Assembly: GCA_046052065.1 (NCBI GenBank)
Contig: JBJOND010000006.1
Location: 1-53,313 of the forward strand
Reading direction: 5' to 3'
Length of the DNA stretch: 53,313 nt
Origin: Bacteroidota bacterium
Lineage (GTDB): Bacteria > Bacteroidota > Bacteroidia > AKYH767-A > OLB10
Shown: piece by piece, positions 38,223-48,612 of the stretch
How the letters are laid out: the number at the start of each line of letters is the position of its first letter
Position numbering within the stretch: position 1 is the first letter of the stretch
Notes under the pieces: model-generated
The model's input: the letters and a program-made list of their open reading frames with translations, nothing else
Database searches by the model: none
What the model was told of the DNA's origin: nothing
Translations under genes and position numbers: made by a program

Positions 38223-38549
38223 ATGATTACCGTAACAGAAAAAGCCATCGAAAAAGCGCGCGATTTAATCAAGGAAGAGAATCGCCCAGCTGACTCATTT
38301 ATCCGCGTAGGAGTAGAAGGTGGTGGATGCTCAGGTCTTTCTTATAAGCTTGAATTTGATAGTGTTATCAAAGATGGCGATAAGATTTTTGAAGATAAAG
38401 GGATGAAAATCGTATGTGATAAGAAGAGCTTTTTATACCTCGTAGGTACTCAACTCGACTTCTCCGACGGCCTTAACGGGAAAGGTTTTGAATTCCATAA
38501 TCCAAACGCAACTCGCACCTGTGGATGTGGCGAATCGTTCGCTGTTTAA
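38223..38549 (+). CDS. sufA: A-type Fe-S carrier (IscA/SufA)
   Basis: GGGCSGLSY and NPNATRTCGCGESF. Confidence 0.93.
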   Translation: MITVTEKAIEKARDLIKEENRPADSFIRVGVEGGGCSGLSYKLEFDSVIKDGDKIFEDKGMKIVCDKKSFLYLVGTQLDFSDGLNGKGFEFHNPNATRTCGCGESFAV

Positions 38550-38570
38550 TTATTTTAAAAGATTTAATTC

Positions 38571-40016
38571 ATGTCAGACGACTTAAAAATATTAGACGAT
38601 GTTGCTAACTCCGAGTATAAATGGGGGTTTGTAAGTAATATCGAAAGTGATAATGCTCCTAAAGGACTTAACGAGGATATCGTTCGTTTCATCTCTGCAA
38701 AAAAGAATGAACCAGAATGGTTACTTGAATACCGACTAAAGGCATTCCGCCATTGGCAAACCATGACAGAGCCAGTATGGCCAAATGTTACCTATCCGAA
38801 AGTTGATTTTCAAGACATCATTTATTATTCTGCACCAAAACCAAAAGTGCAGCTAGATAGTCTTGATGACTTAGATCCGGAAATTAAAGCAACGTTTGAT
38901 AAACTTGGAATTTCACTCGAAGAACAAAAGCGTTTAGCGAATGTGGCTGTTGATGCAGTTATCGATTCGGTTTCTGTAAAAACAACTTTTCGTGAAGCAC
39001 TTTTAGAGAAAGGAATTATTTTCTCTTCTTTTTCAGAGGCAGTTCATGAGCATCCAGAATTAGTAAAGAAATATTTAGGTAGTGTAGTGCCGTACACCGA
39101 TAATTTTTATGCGGCGTTGAATGCGGCGGTATTCAGTGATGGTTCGTTCTGCTATATCCCGAAAGGCGTTCGTTGTCCGATGGAATTAAGTACGTATTTC
39201 CGTATTAACTCTGCTGGAACAGGTCAGTTTGAAAGAACATTAATTATTGCCGACGAAGGTGCTTATGTGAGTTATCTTGAAGGTTGTACTGCTCCTATGC
39301 GCGACGAAAATCAGTTGCATGCAGCAGTAGTTGAAATTGTTTCGCATGCGGAAGCGCAAGTGAAATATTCAACGGTGCAGAACTGGTATCCGGGAGATAA
39401 AGAAGGAAAGGGTGGTATTTTTAATTTTGTTACCAAGCGTGGAATTTGTTTAGGAAATAAATCAAAAATTTCATGGACGCAAGTAGAAACAGGTTCTGCT
39501 GTAACATGGAAATATCCATCGGTAATTTTAAAAGGAGATAATTCTGTTGGAGAATTTTACTCTGTTGCAGTAACGAATAATATGCAACAAGCGGATACTG
39601 GTACTAAGATGATTCATATCGGAAAAAATACCAGCAGTACAATTATCTCGAAAGGAATTAGTGGAGGAAGAAGTCATAATAGTTACAGAGGTTTAGTGAA
39701 GATTAATAAGAGTGCTGATAACGCAAGAAATTTTTCGCAATGCGATTCATTATTACTCGGCGATCAATGCGGTGCTCATACATTCCCTTATTTAGAAGTC
39801 AGTAATAAGTCGGCGAAAGTAGAACACGAAGCAACGACATCTAAAGTTGGAGAAGATCAAATATTTTATTGCAATCAACGTGGTATCTCTACTGAAGATG
39901 CAGTAGGATTAATTGTGAATGGCTATTGCAAAGAAGTATTTAATCAGTTGCCAATGGAGTTTGCTGTAGAAGCACAAAAATTATTAGCCATCTCATTAGA
40001 AGGTTCTGTAGGATAA
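38571..40016 (+). CDS. sufB: Fe-S cluster assembly protein SufB
   Basis: [33 protein letters not shown] and EHEATTSK. Confidence 0.97.
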   Translation: MSDDLKILDDVANSEYKWGFVSNIESDNAPKGLNEDIVRFISAKKNEPEWLLEYRLKAFRHWQTMTEPVWPNVTYPKVDFQDIIYYSAPKPKVQLDSLDDLDPEIKATFDKLGISLEEQKRLANVAVDAVIDSVSVKTTFREALLEKGIIFSSFSEAVHEHPELVKKYLGSVVPYTDNFYAALNAAVFSDGSFCYIPKGVRCPMELSTYFRINSAGTGQFERTLIIADEGAYVSYLEGCTAPMRDENQLHAAVVEIVSHAEAQVKYSTVQNWYPGDKEGKGGIFNFVTKRGICLGNKSKISWTQVETGSAVTWKYPSVILKGDNSVGEFYSVAVTNNMQQADTGTKMIHIGKNTSSTIISKGISGGRSHNSYRGLVKINKSADNARNFSQCDSLLLGDQCGAHTFPYLEVSNKSAKVEHEATTSKVGEDQIFYCNQRGISTEDAVGLIVNGYCKEVFNQLPMEFAVEAQKLLAISLEGSVG

Positions 40017-40043
40017 AAATTAAAAACGAAATTCAAAAAAGAA

Positions 40044-40808
40044 ATGTTAACTATAAAAGATTTAAAAGCTTCCGTTGAAGAAAAACAAATTTTAAACGGA
40101 CTTAATTTCGAAGTGAAACCAGGTGAAGTGCATGCAATCATGGGTCCTAATGGCTCAGGTAAAAGTACGCTAGCAAGTGTGCTTGCAGGAAGAGAAGAAT
40201 ATGAAGTGACAGGAGGAGAAGTATTATTCAACGGAGAAGATTTATTAGACATGAGTCCTGAAGATCGCGCACGCGCAGGCGTCTTTTTAGCTTTTCAATA
40301 TCCAGTTGAAATTCCAGGAGTGAGTAATGCGAACTTTTTGAAGACAGCTGTGAACGAAGTGCGTAAATCGAAAGGTTTAGAAGCATTAGACTCCAAACAG
40401 TTTTTAAAATTGATGCAAGAGAAAATGAAATTAGTGGAGATGGATAAAACGATGACGCAGCGTTCGGTGAATGAAGGCTTCAGTGGTGGAGAGAAAAAGC
40501 GTAATGAGATTTTTCAAATGGCGATGTTAGAACCATCGTTAGCTATTTTAGATGAAACAGATTCTGGTTTAGATATCGATGCCTTACGAATTGTTGCGAA
40601 TGGTGTGAATGCATTGCGCGATGGAAATCGTTCGTTTATTGTGATTACGCATTACCAACGTTTGTTAGATTATATCGTTCCGGATTTTGTTCATGTATTG
40701 TACAAAGGAAGAATTGTTAAGTCGGGAACAAAAGACTTAGCACTTGAATTAGAAGAAAAAGGCTACGATTGGATTAAAGAAGAAGTAGACGCAACTTTAA
40801 ACGCGTAA
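40044..40808 (+). CDS. sufC: Fe-S assembly ATPase SufC
   Basis: [27 protein letters not shown] and LDETDSGLD. Confidence 0.97.
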   Translation: MLTIKDLKASVEEKQILNGLNFEVKPGEVHAIMGPNGSGKSTLASVLAGREEYEVTGGEVLFNGEDLLDMSPEDRARAGVFLAFQYPVEIPGVSNANFLKTAVNEVRKSKGLEALDSKQFLKLMQEKMKLVEMDKTMTQRSVNEGFSGGEKKRNEIFQMAMLEPSLAILDETDSGLDIDALRIVANGVNALRDGNRSFIVITHYQRLLDYIVPDFVHVLYKGRIVKSGTKDLALELEEKGYDWIKEEVDATLNA

Positions 40809-40812
40809 TATC

Positions 40813-42120
40813 ATGAGCACTTTGCAAGAAACAAAAAATACAATTCTTACTTCTACTTTATTTCAGGATTGGGTAAACACATCACCGAGAGTAGATGCAT
40901 TTGCTACAATTACAAAGGATGCTGCGCAAGCTTTCTTGTTGCAGGGAATTCCGACTACGAAGCATGAAGAATGGAAATATACCAACGTTACTCGTTTAGC
41001 AAATACGTCTTTTGAATTATCAAAGTCGAACGCTACGTTAACAGCAGCAGATGTTACTAGTGAAAAAGTAACGGCAGATGCGATATTAATTGTGATTGAA
41101 AACGGAATCATCAATAAGGTAGCATCTAACATGGACGGCTTACCTAAAGGAATTCATATTGGAAGCATTCACGATTTAAAAGATAATGCAGCAATTCAAA
41201 AAGATTTTCTGCAACATGCCGATTATAAGTCGGAACCATTTGTTGCATTAAATACAGCAACTTTTTCAGATGCAGTTTGTATTCTTGCTGAAGCAAATGT
41301 GGAGTTTAACACGCCTATTCATTTGATGATTGTAAATACATCGAACGAAGCGCATGTTTATATTCCTGTTCGTGTATTTGTAGCTGCGGAAAAAAATGCA
41401 TCAATTCATGTCGTAGAAACATTTTCTACTAAAGGAAATAATACAACAGCATTTGTTAATGCAGTGAGTGAAGTAGTAGTTGCTGACAATGCAAAAGTAA
41501 ATTATGTGAAGTTGCAAGATGAATCATCAAATACCACACATATTAATTACCATCGCATAGCAATGGCACGCGATAGTTACGAGCATTTAACAACACTAAG
41601 TTTAGGTGGAGTACTTATACGCAATAATTTAAATATTCGTTTAGGCGATATTAACGGAACGGCTTACCTCAACGGATTAACATTAGCGCGTCATCAACAA
41701 TTAGTTGATCATCACACTGCAGTTGATCATGCAATGCCACATTGTTATAGTAATGAGTTATACAAAAACTTAATCGACGATAAGGCACAAGGTGTATTTA
41801 ACGGAAAAATATTTGTCCGCAAGGATGCACAAAAAACAAACGCATTTCAATCAAACAAAAATTTATTGTTAAGTGATGATGCTACCATGAATGCTAAACC
41901 ACAGCTTGAAATTTTCGCTGATGATGTTAAGTGTTCCCACGGTGCTACTACTGGTCAGTTAGATGATGAGTCGTTGTTTTACTTACGAGCAAGAGGAATC
42001 GGTGAGGATGCAGCTCGTGCTTTATTAAATCATGCGTTTGCTGCTGATGTGATTGAAGGAATTGCGCATGAGGGCATCAAAGAGAAAATGCTTGAGGTTT
42101 TAAATCATAAATTAAACTAA
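40813..42120 (+). CDS. sufD: Fe-S assembly protein SufD
   Basis: EEWKYT, FNGKIFV, PQLEIFADDVKCSHGAT and FYLRARGI. Confidence 0.95.
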   Translation: MSTLQETKNTILTSTLFQDWVNTSPRVDAFATITKDAAQAFLLQGIPTTKHEEWKYTNVTRLANTSFELSKSNATLTAADVTSEKVTADAILIVIENGIINKVASNMDGLPKGIHIGSIHDLKDNAAIQKDFLQHADYKSEPFVALNTATFSDAVCILAEANVEFNTPIHLMIVNTSNEAHVYIPVRVFVAAEKNASIHVVETFSTKGNNTTAFVNAVSEVVVADNAKVNYVKLQDESSNTTHINYHRIAMARDSYEHLTTLSLGGVLIRNNLNIRLGDINGTAYLNGLTLARHQQLVDHHTAVDHAMPHCYSNELYKNLIDDKAQGVFNGKIFVRKDAQKTNAFQSNKNLLLSDDATMNAKPQLEIFADDVKCSHGATTGQLDDESLFYLRARGIGEDAARALLNHAFAADVIEGIAHEGIKEKMLEVLNHKLN

Positions 42121-42132
42121 TCTATTATAACT

Positions 42133-43377
42133 GTGGAACAACTATTGGTCAATAATGCTTTTGATGTGTTGGAAGTCCGAAAAGATTTTCCAATACTTGC
42201 AGAGTTACCATATGGTAAACCACTCGTTTATTTTGACAATGCTGCTACTTCGCAAAAACCGCAAGTAGTGATTGATGCATTGGTGAATTACTACACGCAT
42301 TACAACGCGAATGTTCATCGTGGTGTTCATTTTCTTTCTCAGAAAGCAAGTGATGCATTTGATGAAGTACGTGAAAAGGTAAGAGGATTTATAAACGCAG
42401 CATCGGAGCGAGAAATAATTTTTGTTCGTGGTACTACCGAAGGAGTAAATTTAGTGGTGGCTACTTACGGAAGAAAAAACATTCAACAAGGAGATACGAT
42501 TTTAGTTAGCGCAATGGAACATCATTCAAATATTGTTCCTTGGCAATTGCTATGTGAAGAGAAAGGAGCGCGATTGAATGTTATTCCCATGAATGAAAAT
42601 GGCGAATTGGTTTTAGATTCACTAGAGGACTTACTAAACGATAATTGCAAATTTGTTGCAGTTACGCATACTGCAAATTCCTTGGGAACGATTAATCCTA
42701 TTAAAGAAATTATTTCAAAAGCACACGAAAGAAATATTCCTGTATTGGTGGATGGTGCACAAGCAGTCGCGCATGACTACGTAGATGTGCAGGCGTTAGA
42801 TTGTGATTTTTTTGTTTTCAGTGCGCATAAAATGCTTGGTCCTACTGGAATCGGTGCTGTATATGGTAAGTTACATTTATTAGAAGAGATGCCGCCCTAC
42901 CACGGTGGAGGAGAGATGATAAAGTCAGTGTCGTTTAAAGGCACTACCTGGAACGATGTTCCTTATAAGTTTGAAGCCGGCACACCGAATATTGCAGATG
43001 TAATTGCAATGGGTGCTGCAATTGATTATTGGAATTCGATTGATAGAGCAGGAGCACATGAACAGGAAATCGAATTGTTGAATTACTCTACATCGTTATT
43101 AGCGGATATCCCTTCCGTTAGAATTATTGGTACAGCAAAAAATAAAGCAGCGGTTATTTCTTTTGTGGTAGATAAAGCTAATGCTATGGACATTGGAATG
43201 TTTCTCGATACAAAAGGCATTGCAGTGCGAACGGGACAACATTGCGCTGAGCCTGTGATGGATTGGTTTGGTATTCCCGGGACAATACGCGCCTCGTTTA
43301 TGTTTTATAATACCAAAGAAGAAGTAGATTTTTTCATCGAGCAATTAAAAAAAGCCATTCAATTATTAGCCGTTTGA
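42133..43377 (+). CDS. sufS: Cysteine desulfurase SufS
   Basis: YFDNAATSQKP, EHHSNIVPW, DGAQ, SAHKMLGPTG and RTGQHCA. Confidence 0.96.
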   Translation: MEQLLVNNAFDVLEVRKDFPILAELPYGKPLVYFDNAATSQKPQVVIDALVNYYTHYNANVHRGVHFLSQKASDAFDEVREKVRGFINAASEREIIFVRGTTEGVNLVVATYGRKNIQQGDTILVSAMEHHSNIVPWQLLCEEKGARLNVIPMNENGELVLDSLEDLLNDNCKFVAVTHTANSLGTINPIKEIISKAHERNIPVLVDGAQAVAHDYVDVQALDCDFFVFSAHKMLGPTGIGAVYGKLHLLEEMPPYHGGGEMIKSVSFKGTTWNDVPYKFEAGTPNIADVIAMGAAIDYWNSIDRAGAHEQEIELLNYSTSLLADIPSVRIIGTAKNKAAVISFVVDKANAMDIGMFLDTKGIAVRTGQHCAEPVMDWFGIPGTIRASFMFYNTKEEVDFFIEQLKKAIQLLAV

Positions 43378-43378
43378 T

Positions 43379-43804
43379 ATGCGTACAATCGCCGAAATAG
43401 AAAATGAAATTGTTGAAGATTTCGCTTTGTTTGATACTTGGGAAGAGAAGTACCAGTACATCATTGAAATCGGGCAAAAACTAAAACCATTAGCTGCTGA
43501 ATTTAAAATTGATGATAACAAAATCAAAGGTTGTCAAAGTAGCGTTTGGCTAACCGCGAGTGAGAATAACGGTATCATAGAATTTTCTGCTGATAGCGAT
43601 TCTGTTTTTGTGAAAGGAGAAATTGCGTTGTTGATGGAAGTATTATCGAATCAATCGCCGGAAGCAATTGTAAATGCTGAATTAGGATTTATTGATCAGA
43701 TTGGATTACGTAGTCATATGGCACAAACACGTGCTAACGGACTTGCTGCAATGATTAAACAAATGAAATTATACGCTGTGGGTTTCCAGCATAAGAATGT
43801 GTGA
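43379..43804 (+). CDS. sufE: Sulfur acceptor SufE
   Basis: IKGCQSSVW, ADSDS and RANGL. Confidence 0.93.
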   Translation: MRTIAEIENEIVEDFALFDTWEEKYQYIIEIGQKLKPLAAEFKIDDNKIKGCQSSVWLTASENNGIIEFSADSDSVFVKGEIALLMEVLSNQSPEAIVNAELGFIDQIGLRSHMAQTRANGLAAMIKQMKLYAVGFQHKNV

Positions 43805-43805
43805 T

Positions 43806-44171
43806 ATGAGTGAAGAACTAAATAAGTCAGAAGAAATTAAGAATGACGGAATTGATATTCCAACTACTCCTTCATTGCGTGAACGCATCATCGCTACATT
43901 AAAAACATGCTATGATCCGGAAATTCCCGTAGATATCTGGGAGCTAGGATTGATTTATGAAATTCGAATCAATGATGGCAATGATGTACATATCATGATG
44001 ACGCTAACTTCTCCAGCTTGTCCTGTAGCAGAAACGTTACCTCCTGATGTAGAAAATAAAATCAGTGAAATACCGGATGTAAATTCAGCTCGCGTTGAAA
44101 TTACATTTGATCCTCCTTGGGAGAAGGAAATGATGAGCGAAGAAGCACGATTAGAATTAGGAATGTGGTAA
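43806..44171 (+). CDS. sufT: DUF59/SufT Fe-S maturation protein
   Basis: DPEIPVDIWELGLIY, TLTSPACP and FDPPW. Confidence 0.88.
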   Translation: MSEELNKSEEIKNDGIDIPTTPSLRERIIATLKTCYDPEIPVDIWELGLIYEIRINDGNDVHIMMTLTSPACPVAETLPPDVENKISEIPDVNSARVEITFDPPWEKEMMSEEARLELGMW

Positions 44172-44172
44172 T

Positions 44173-44682
44173 ATGAGCGAAGAAACCATTATCAATAAAG
44201 TAGAGCAAAGCGGATTAATTACCATTAATCTCGAAGACTTTTATCCTGAAGGTCAGCGAAAAGTGATTGATATTCGCGAGCAATTGATAGAGGATGTTTT
44301 ATTGAGAGAAAAATCGTTTCGCGAGTATATTGCTTCGACTGATTGGTCACAATATCAAGATTGTTTTGTTACTGTTTATTGTTCTGTTGATGCGGTGATT
44401 CCGCATTGGGCGTATATGTTGATGGCAACAGCGATTCAACCATTCGCAAAATTGGTTTATTTCGGTAGTGCAGAGGCGCTAGAAAACAAATTATTTGAAG
44501 AGATCATTGATTCAATGGATGTGCAAGTCTATCAAGATGCACGTGTGATTATTAAAGGATGTTCTGATAAGCCAGTTCCTGCTGCTGCATACTTTTATTT
44601 AGCTGCTAAACTTCGTCCAGTAGCAAAGAGTATCATGTTTGGCGAGCCATGCAGTACGGTGCCAGTATTTAAAAAGAAATAA
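44173..44682 (+). CDS. DUF2480 family protein
   Basis: IINKVEQSGLITINLE, LLREK.FR, CSVDAVIP.WAYML, IKGCS and MFGEPCSTVP. Confidence 0.8.
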   Translation: MSEETIINKVEQSGLITINLEDFYPEGQRKVIDIREQLIEDVLLREKSFREYIASTDWSQYQDCFVTVYCSVDAVIPHWAYMLMATAIQPFAKLVYFGSAEALENKLFEEIIDSMDVQVYQDARVIIKGCSDKPVPAAAYFYLAAKLRPVAKSIMFGEPCSTVPVFKKK

Positions 44683-44699
44683 TTACTAAATTTAGTACT

Positions 44700-45092
44700 A
44701 TGAAAAAGTGGTTCATCTTATTCTTTTGTCTGATGACATTAGGCGTTGTAGCACAGCAATTACCAGAACACAGTACTAATCGCGACGATACTTTTATTGT
44801 AGTCGATCAGATGCCTGAATATCCTGGAGGAAATGAAGCTTTGCAAGAATACATTTCATTGAATCTAAAATATCCAGTATTGAAAGAAGTTTCAGGGAAG
44901 GTTTTCGTAAGTTTTGTTGTGGATAAAAAAGGAAAAGTGACGGATGTCAGAGTGAAGAATGAAGTAGATGCAGCACTATCAAAAGAGGCGATTCGCCTTG
45001 TAAAAGCAATGCCACTTTGGACACCTGGTAAGTTAGAGGGTAAGCCTGTTAATGTACAGTTGAATTTGCCTATTTATTTCAAGGCTAATTAA
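44700..45092 (+). CDS. Short exported TonB C-terminal-domain protein
   Basis: Signal peptide, MPEYPGG, GKVFVSFVV, EAIRLVKAMP.W.PG and GKPV. Confidence 0.85.
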   Translation: MKKWFILFFCLMTLGVVAQQLPEHSTNRDDTFIVVDQMPEYPGGNEALQEYISLNLKYPVLKEVSGKVFVSFVVDKKGKVTDVRVKNEVDAALSKEAIRLVKAMPLWTPGKLEGKPVNVQLNLPIYFKAN

Positions 45093-45107
45093 TACATTTG
45101 CGCTCTC

Positions 45108-46085
45108 ATGGCCAATCAATTGGATCGTATTAAAGCTCCTGTAAAGGATGAAATGGAACTATTCGAAAAGAAGTTCCGTGTGGCTATGCAGAGCAAAGTT
45201 TCGTTGCTCGATAAAATCATGCATTACATTGTTAAGCGAAAAGGGAAGCAAATGCGTCCGATGTTCGTTTTTTTAACCGCTGGAATGACAGGCAATATTG
45301 GTGAGTCAACGTATCGTGCAGCATCATTAATAGAACTATTACATACTGCAACTTTAGTACACGATGATGTAGTAGACGATAGTAATTTACGTCGTGGATT
45401 TTTCTCGATAAATGCTTTATGGAAAAATAAAATTGCAGTGTTGGTAGGTGATTATCTTTTATCAAAAGGATTATTACTTTCTGTTGAGCATAAAGAATTT
45501 CATTTACTTGAAATTGTTTCCAATGCAGTTCGTAGAATGAGTGAAGGCGAGTTATTACAAATCGAGAAAGCACGTAAACTAGATATAACAGAAGAAGTCT
45601 ATTATGAAATTATCGGAGCTAAAACAGCCTCGTTGATTGCGTCTTGTTGTGCTACTGGCGCTGCTTCTGTTGGATGTGATGCTGCAATGATTACACGCAT
45701 GCACGACTTTGGCGAGTCTGTAGGAATTGCTTTTCAAATCAAAGATGATTTATTCGATTACGAAGAAAGTGTAAAGACAGGAAAGCCAAAAGGCATCGAT
45801 ATCAAGGAACATAAGATGACGCTTCCTGTTATTTATACTTTGCAAAAGGTAAGTAAAGACGACAAGAAGTTTATCATTAATACGATTAAGCATCATTCAG
45901 AAGATGCTAAGCGCGTGGAGCAAGTGATACAACTTGTTTTATCCAATGGAGGATTAGACTATGCTCGTAATGCGATGTACAGTTACCAACAAAAAGCCTT
46001 CAACCTTTTAACGGATATCCCTGACAGTGAGTACAAGACTTCTTTAATGGAGTTGGTGAGGTTTACGACGGAACGAAATCACTGA
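45108..46085 (+). CDS. ispB: Long-chain polyprenyl diphosphate synthase
   Basis: GKQMRP, first Asp-rich motif LVHDDVVD..RRG, KTASL and second motif FQIKDDLFD. Confidence 0.92.
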   Translation: MANQLDRIKAPVKDEMELFEKKFRVAMQSKVSLLDKIMHYIVKRKGKQMRPMFVFLTAGMTGNIGESTYRAASLIELLHTATLVHDDVVDDSNLRRGFFSINALWKNKIAVLVGDYLLSKGLLLSVEHKEFHLLEIVSNAVRRMSEGELLQIEKARKLDITEEVYYEIIGAKTASLIASCCATGAASVGCDAAMITRMHDFGESVGIAFQIKDDLFDYEESVKTGKPKGIDIKEHKMTLPVIYTLQKVSKDDKKFIINTIKHHSEDAKRVEQVIQLVLSNGGLDYARNAMYSYQQKAFNLLTDIPDSEYKTSLMELVRFTTERNH

Positions 46086-46236
46086 TTTAATTTGAAAACT
46101 ATAGACCTCCCTATATCCCTCCAAGGGAGGGACTATCTAAATTTTACTCCTCTCCTTTGGAGAGGTAGGGAGAGGTTTTAATTTAATGGAGTTGGTGAGG
46201 TTTACGACAGAGAGAAATCACTAGTTAATTTGAAAA
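46043..46236 (+). repeat. Direct duplication (about 55 bp) of the ispB 3' end (46043-46098 / 46182-46236)
   Basis: First 27 bp identical; both copies encode LMELVRFTTERNH-stop. Confidence 0.9.
46105..46176. repeat. GC-rich REP-like double-hairpin element
   Basis: tccctcc-aag-ggaggga (46116-46132) and cctctcc-ttt-ggagagg (46149-46165), enclosed by acctcccta / tagggagaggt. A related fragment ccccctaaatccccc lies near 48914-48929. Confidence 0.65.
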
Positions 46237-46292
46237 TGAATTAATCTCTATTCAAATTTGATGTTTTAAATTCTAAGGAATTATTCGTATAA

Positions 46293-46616
46293 CTAAAAAG
46301 AAATAACCGTAACTCCAATACTCAATCTACCTGTAAGCACAATATTGATTTTTGAAGCAAGTTGTTGTAAAGTGAGATAAGTGTTATCACTTGCGTTTAG
46401 AACAATAACAGGCAACTGGTATTTTTCAAAGTTTTGTTGGAATTGTAAATTTTTATCAAAGGTGATTAATGCATTAAAATTATTTTCAATTAATAATTTC
46501 ATAAGCTCACCATTTTTCTTTCCATTCCAACCCATATCACGTACAGTGAAAATTTGATGGTTCGGGAAATCAGATTTTAAACGCTTTGGTAAGTTTTCAT
46601 CAAGCAGCAGTTTCAT
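46293..46616 (-). CDS. DUF5615 PIN-like toxin (VapC45-like)
   Basis: MKLLLDENLP, V...GW.G..NGEL and LITFDKN; start reassigned to 46616. Confidence 0.85.
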   Translation of the reverse strand: MKLLLDENLPKRLKSDFPNHQIFTVRDMGWNGKKNGELMKLLIENNFNALITFDKNLQFQQNFEKYQLPVIVLNASDNTYLTLQQLASKINIVLTGRLSIGVTVISF

Positions 46617-46842
46617 AAAGCTTGATAATTTTTTCATTAGAAAATAAATTTTCTGCCAACTCCAAAACGGCAATGGCAGTCGATTTTTCTACGGTTGGAA
46701 AATCTTCTAAAAATTCATTTAGCGATACACCTTTTTCCAAATGACTGAATAAGGTAACCACAGGAACTCTCGTCCCTTTAAAAACAGGCTGTCCTGAAAG
46801 TATTTCCTTGTCAATTGTAATGAAATCTCTAACGTTCTTCAT
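46600..46842 (-). CDS. DUF433 antitoxin (VapB45-like)
   Basis: ILSGQPVFKGTRVPV and FLEDFPTV; overlaps the toxin start. Confidence 0.88.
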   Translation of the reverse strand: MKNVRDFITIDKEILSGQPVFKGTRVPVVTLFSHLEKGVSLNEFLEDFPTVEKSTAIAVLELAENLFSNEKIIKLYETAA

Positions 46843-47026
46843 ATTTCAAATATACAAAAACAATTTGTTAAAAGTATTATCTAGTAATTTCTATTATAAT
46901 AATGCGATGCGAAATATCGATAAAAAGGTGAGGCATCAATAGAATTTAATAAAAAGAACATTCAAGAGAGGGTGACTCTCTTTATCTAATTGTTCGGAGT
47001 TTTAAATTGATGAATATTTTCAGAAT

Positions 47027-47057
47027 AAAAAAAGCCATGAGTTTTTTCTCATGGCTT
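47027..47057 (-). terminator. Intrinsic terminator of the LamG gene
   Basis: aagccatgag-tttttt-ctcatggctt with an A tract on + (U tract on -). Confidence 0.8.
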
Positions 47058-47077
47058 GAAATAATTTTTATTAGCGT

Positions 47078-48424
47078 TTAATTTTTAATCACTTTAAAGG
47101 ATTGCTTTTTTGAATTATCATCTATGCCAATTAAATAATTTCCTTCGGATAAATTGTTTATATCGATGGACATATTTTCAGATGTAATTTTTCCTGTTAA
47201 AATAGTTTTACCTAAATTATCAAAAATGAAATACGTTTTCCCGATTAGTTGAGCGTCTGATTTAACCTTGATGATAGCATTAGCAGGGTTAGGGTAAATA
47301 GCCAACAAATTGTTATTTGAAATTTCGTTAATACCCACATTATTATTTACCGTTAACACAGCAACGTTGGAAGTATCTGAGCAAGAACCTGAATTTATAA
47401 TACAACGGAAAGGCTGGTTATTATTTGCGAAGGTTACGTAAGAAACAGTTAATGTATCATTATTAGCCCCGCTATATTGACCTACGCTACTTAAATTTTG
47501 AAAACCTACTCCAATATCTGTTTGCCATTGGTAGGTTGCATTAGGATCTGTAGTGCTTATTATGAAGTGCGAATTATTATTTACATTAATAGTTTGATTT
47601 ACGGGTTGTCCTGTAATTGAAAGAATACAACCAGTGTATAATTGATAAACTTCTTCTAAACTCAACTCTCGATTCCAAAAACCAATTTCATCGATTTTTC
47701 CATCAAACGGAGAAAAGAAGCCGTTGCTTTGATCTGTTAGTCCTATTGTAAGTCCAGAGTTGCTATTTGCGTTTAAAGTAAATCCATTTAAAACTAATGA
47801 TTTTTCATGTACTCCGTTATAATATAATTTTAAAGTATCACCATCAAATGAAAATAGAACATGTGTCCAATTGTTTGTGTTTATTTGCATTATTCCATAA
47901 GTTGCTTGAGCGGCAGGTAAAATATTATCAAATATTCTAGCACTTGTGGTAGTACTAGAATTAGTGGTAACAGAAAAGCGCCATGCTAAATTATTTTGTC
48001 CATTTTGTATTCGACTAATGATATTTTGTTCTTGACTTAATAATGGACTATTATAATTGTAGATCCAAGCTGAAAGTGTTATTTTCTGGTTATTAAAGGT
48101 TGGATTATAAGGTATAGATATATTGTCTCCTGATGAACCAAGCGACCAATTACTGATATTAAAACTATAAGAGCTATTTAAATTTCCAAACCTATCGTTA
48201 GTCAAAGTTGCCCCGTTTACGGTTCCATTATTCCCATTTCCACTTTCATCATTGGCATTTCCGTTGAAGGGCCACCAGCCTACAAGTCCATTGGTTGGGA
48301 CATAACTAGGCACTTGTGCTTTTAACGATGTAGCACTCATTAATAATACTACGAATAGCATAACATAAATGCTTACTTGTTTTTTGCTTCTCGTTGTTGA
48401 AGTTTTTTGGAAGTTGTTTTTCAT
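47078..48424 (-). CDS. T9SS-secreted LamG/ConA-like jellyroll protein with an Ig-like domain
   Basis: GLVGWWPFNGNANDESGNGNNG, WTHV, FDGKIDEIGFWNRELS, YQWQ and YPNPA C-terminal domain. Confidence 0.88.
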   Translation of the reverse strand: MKNNFQKTSTTRSKKQVSIYVMLFVVLLMSATSLKAQVPSYVPTNGLVGWWPFNGNANDESGNGNNGTVNGATLTNDRFGNLNSSYSFNISNWSLGSSGDNISIPYNPTFNNQKITLSAWIYNYNSPLLSQEQNIISRIQNGQNNLAWRFSVTTNSSTTTSARIFDNILPAAQATYGIMQINTNNWTHVLFSFDGDTLKLYYNGVHEKSLVLNGFTLNANSNSGLTIGLTDQSNGFFSPFDGKIDEIGFWNRELSLEEVYQLYTGCILSITGQPVNQTINVNNNSHFIISTTDPNATYQWQTDIGVGFQNLSSVGQYSGANNDTLTVSYVTFANNNQPFRCIINSGSCSDTSNVAVLTVNNNVGINEISNNNLLAIYPNPANAIIKVKSDAQLIGKTYFIFDNLGKTILTGKITSENMSIDINNLSEGNYLIGIDDNSKKQSFKVIKN

Positions 48425-48471
48425 TTTTTAATAAAATTTATTCTACGCGGCCCCAGTGTAGAGTTGGTATA

Positions 48472-48612
48472 AAAAATAAGCGTGGGACACTTAGCAACTC
48501 GACTAGAGGTACCACGAAGCACCCGAATACAAGTATACCAAAGCCCACGCCTATGCGCGAGCGTTTAGTGTTTTCTTGTATTCTTTTTGAAATTCGTGGT
48601 TTCCTAGTCAAG
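48472..48612 (-). ncRNA. Structured 5' leader RNA of the LamG gene (candidate attenuator or cis-regulatory motif)
   Basis: Nested stems of 9, 8 and 9 bp, an apical 8-bp hairpin, and an alternative gcgtggg/cccacgc pairing before a U-rich tract. G-U wobbles favour the minus strand. Confidence 0.65.
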
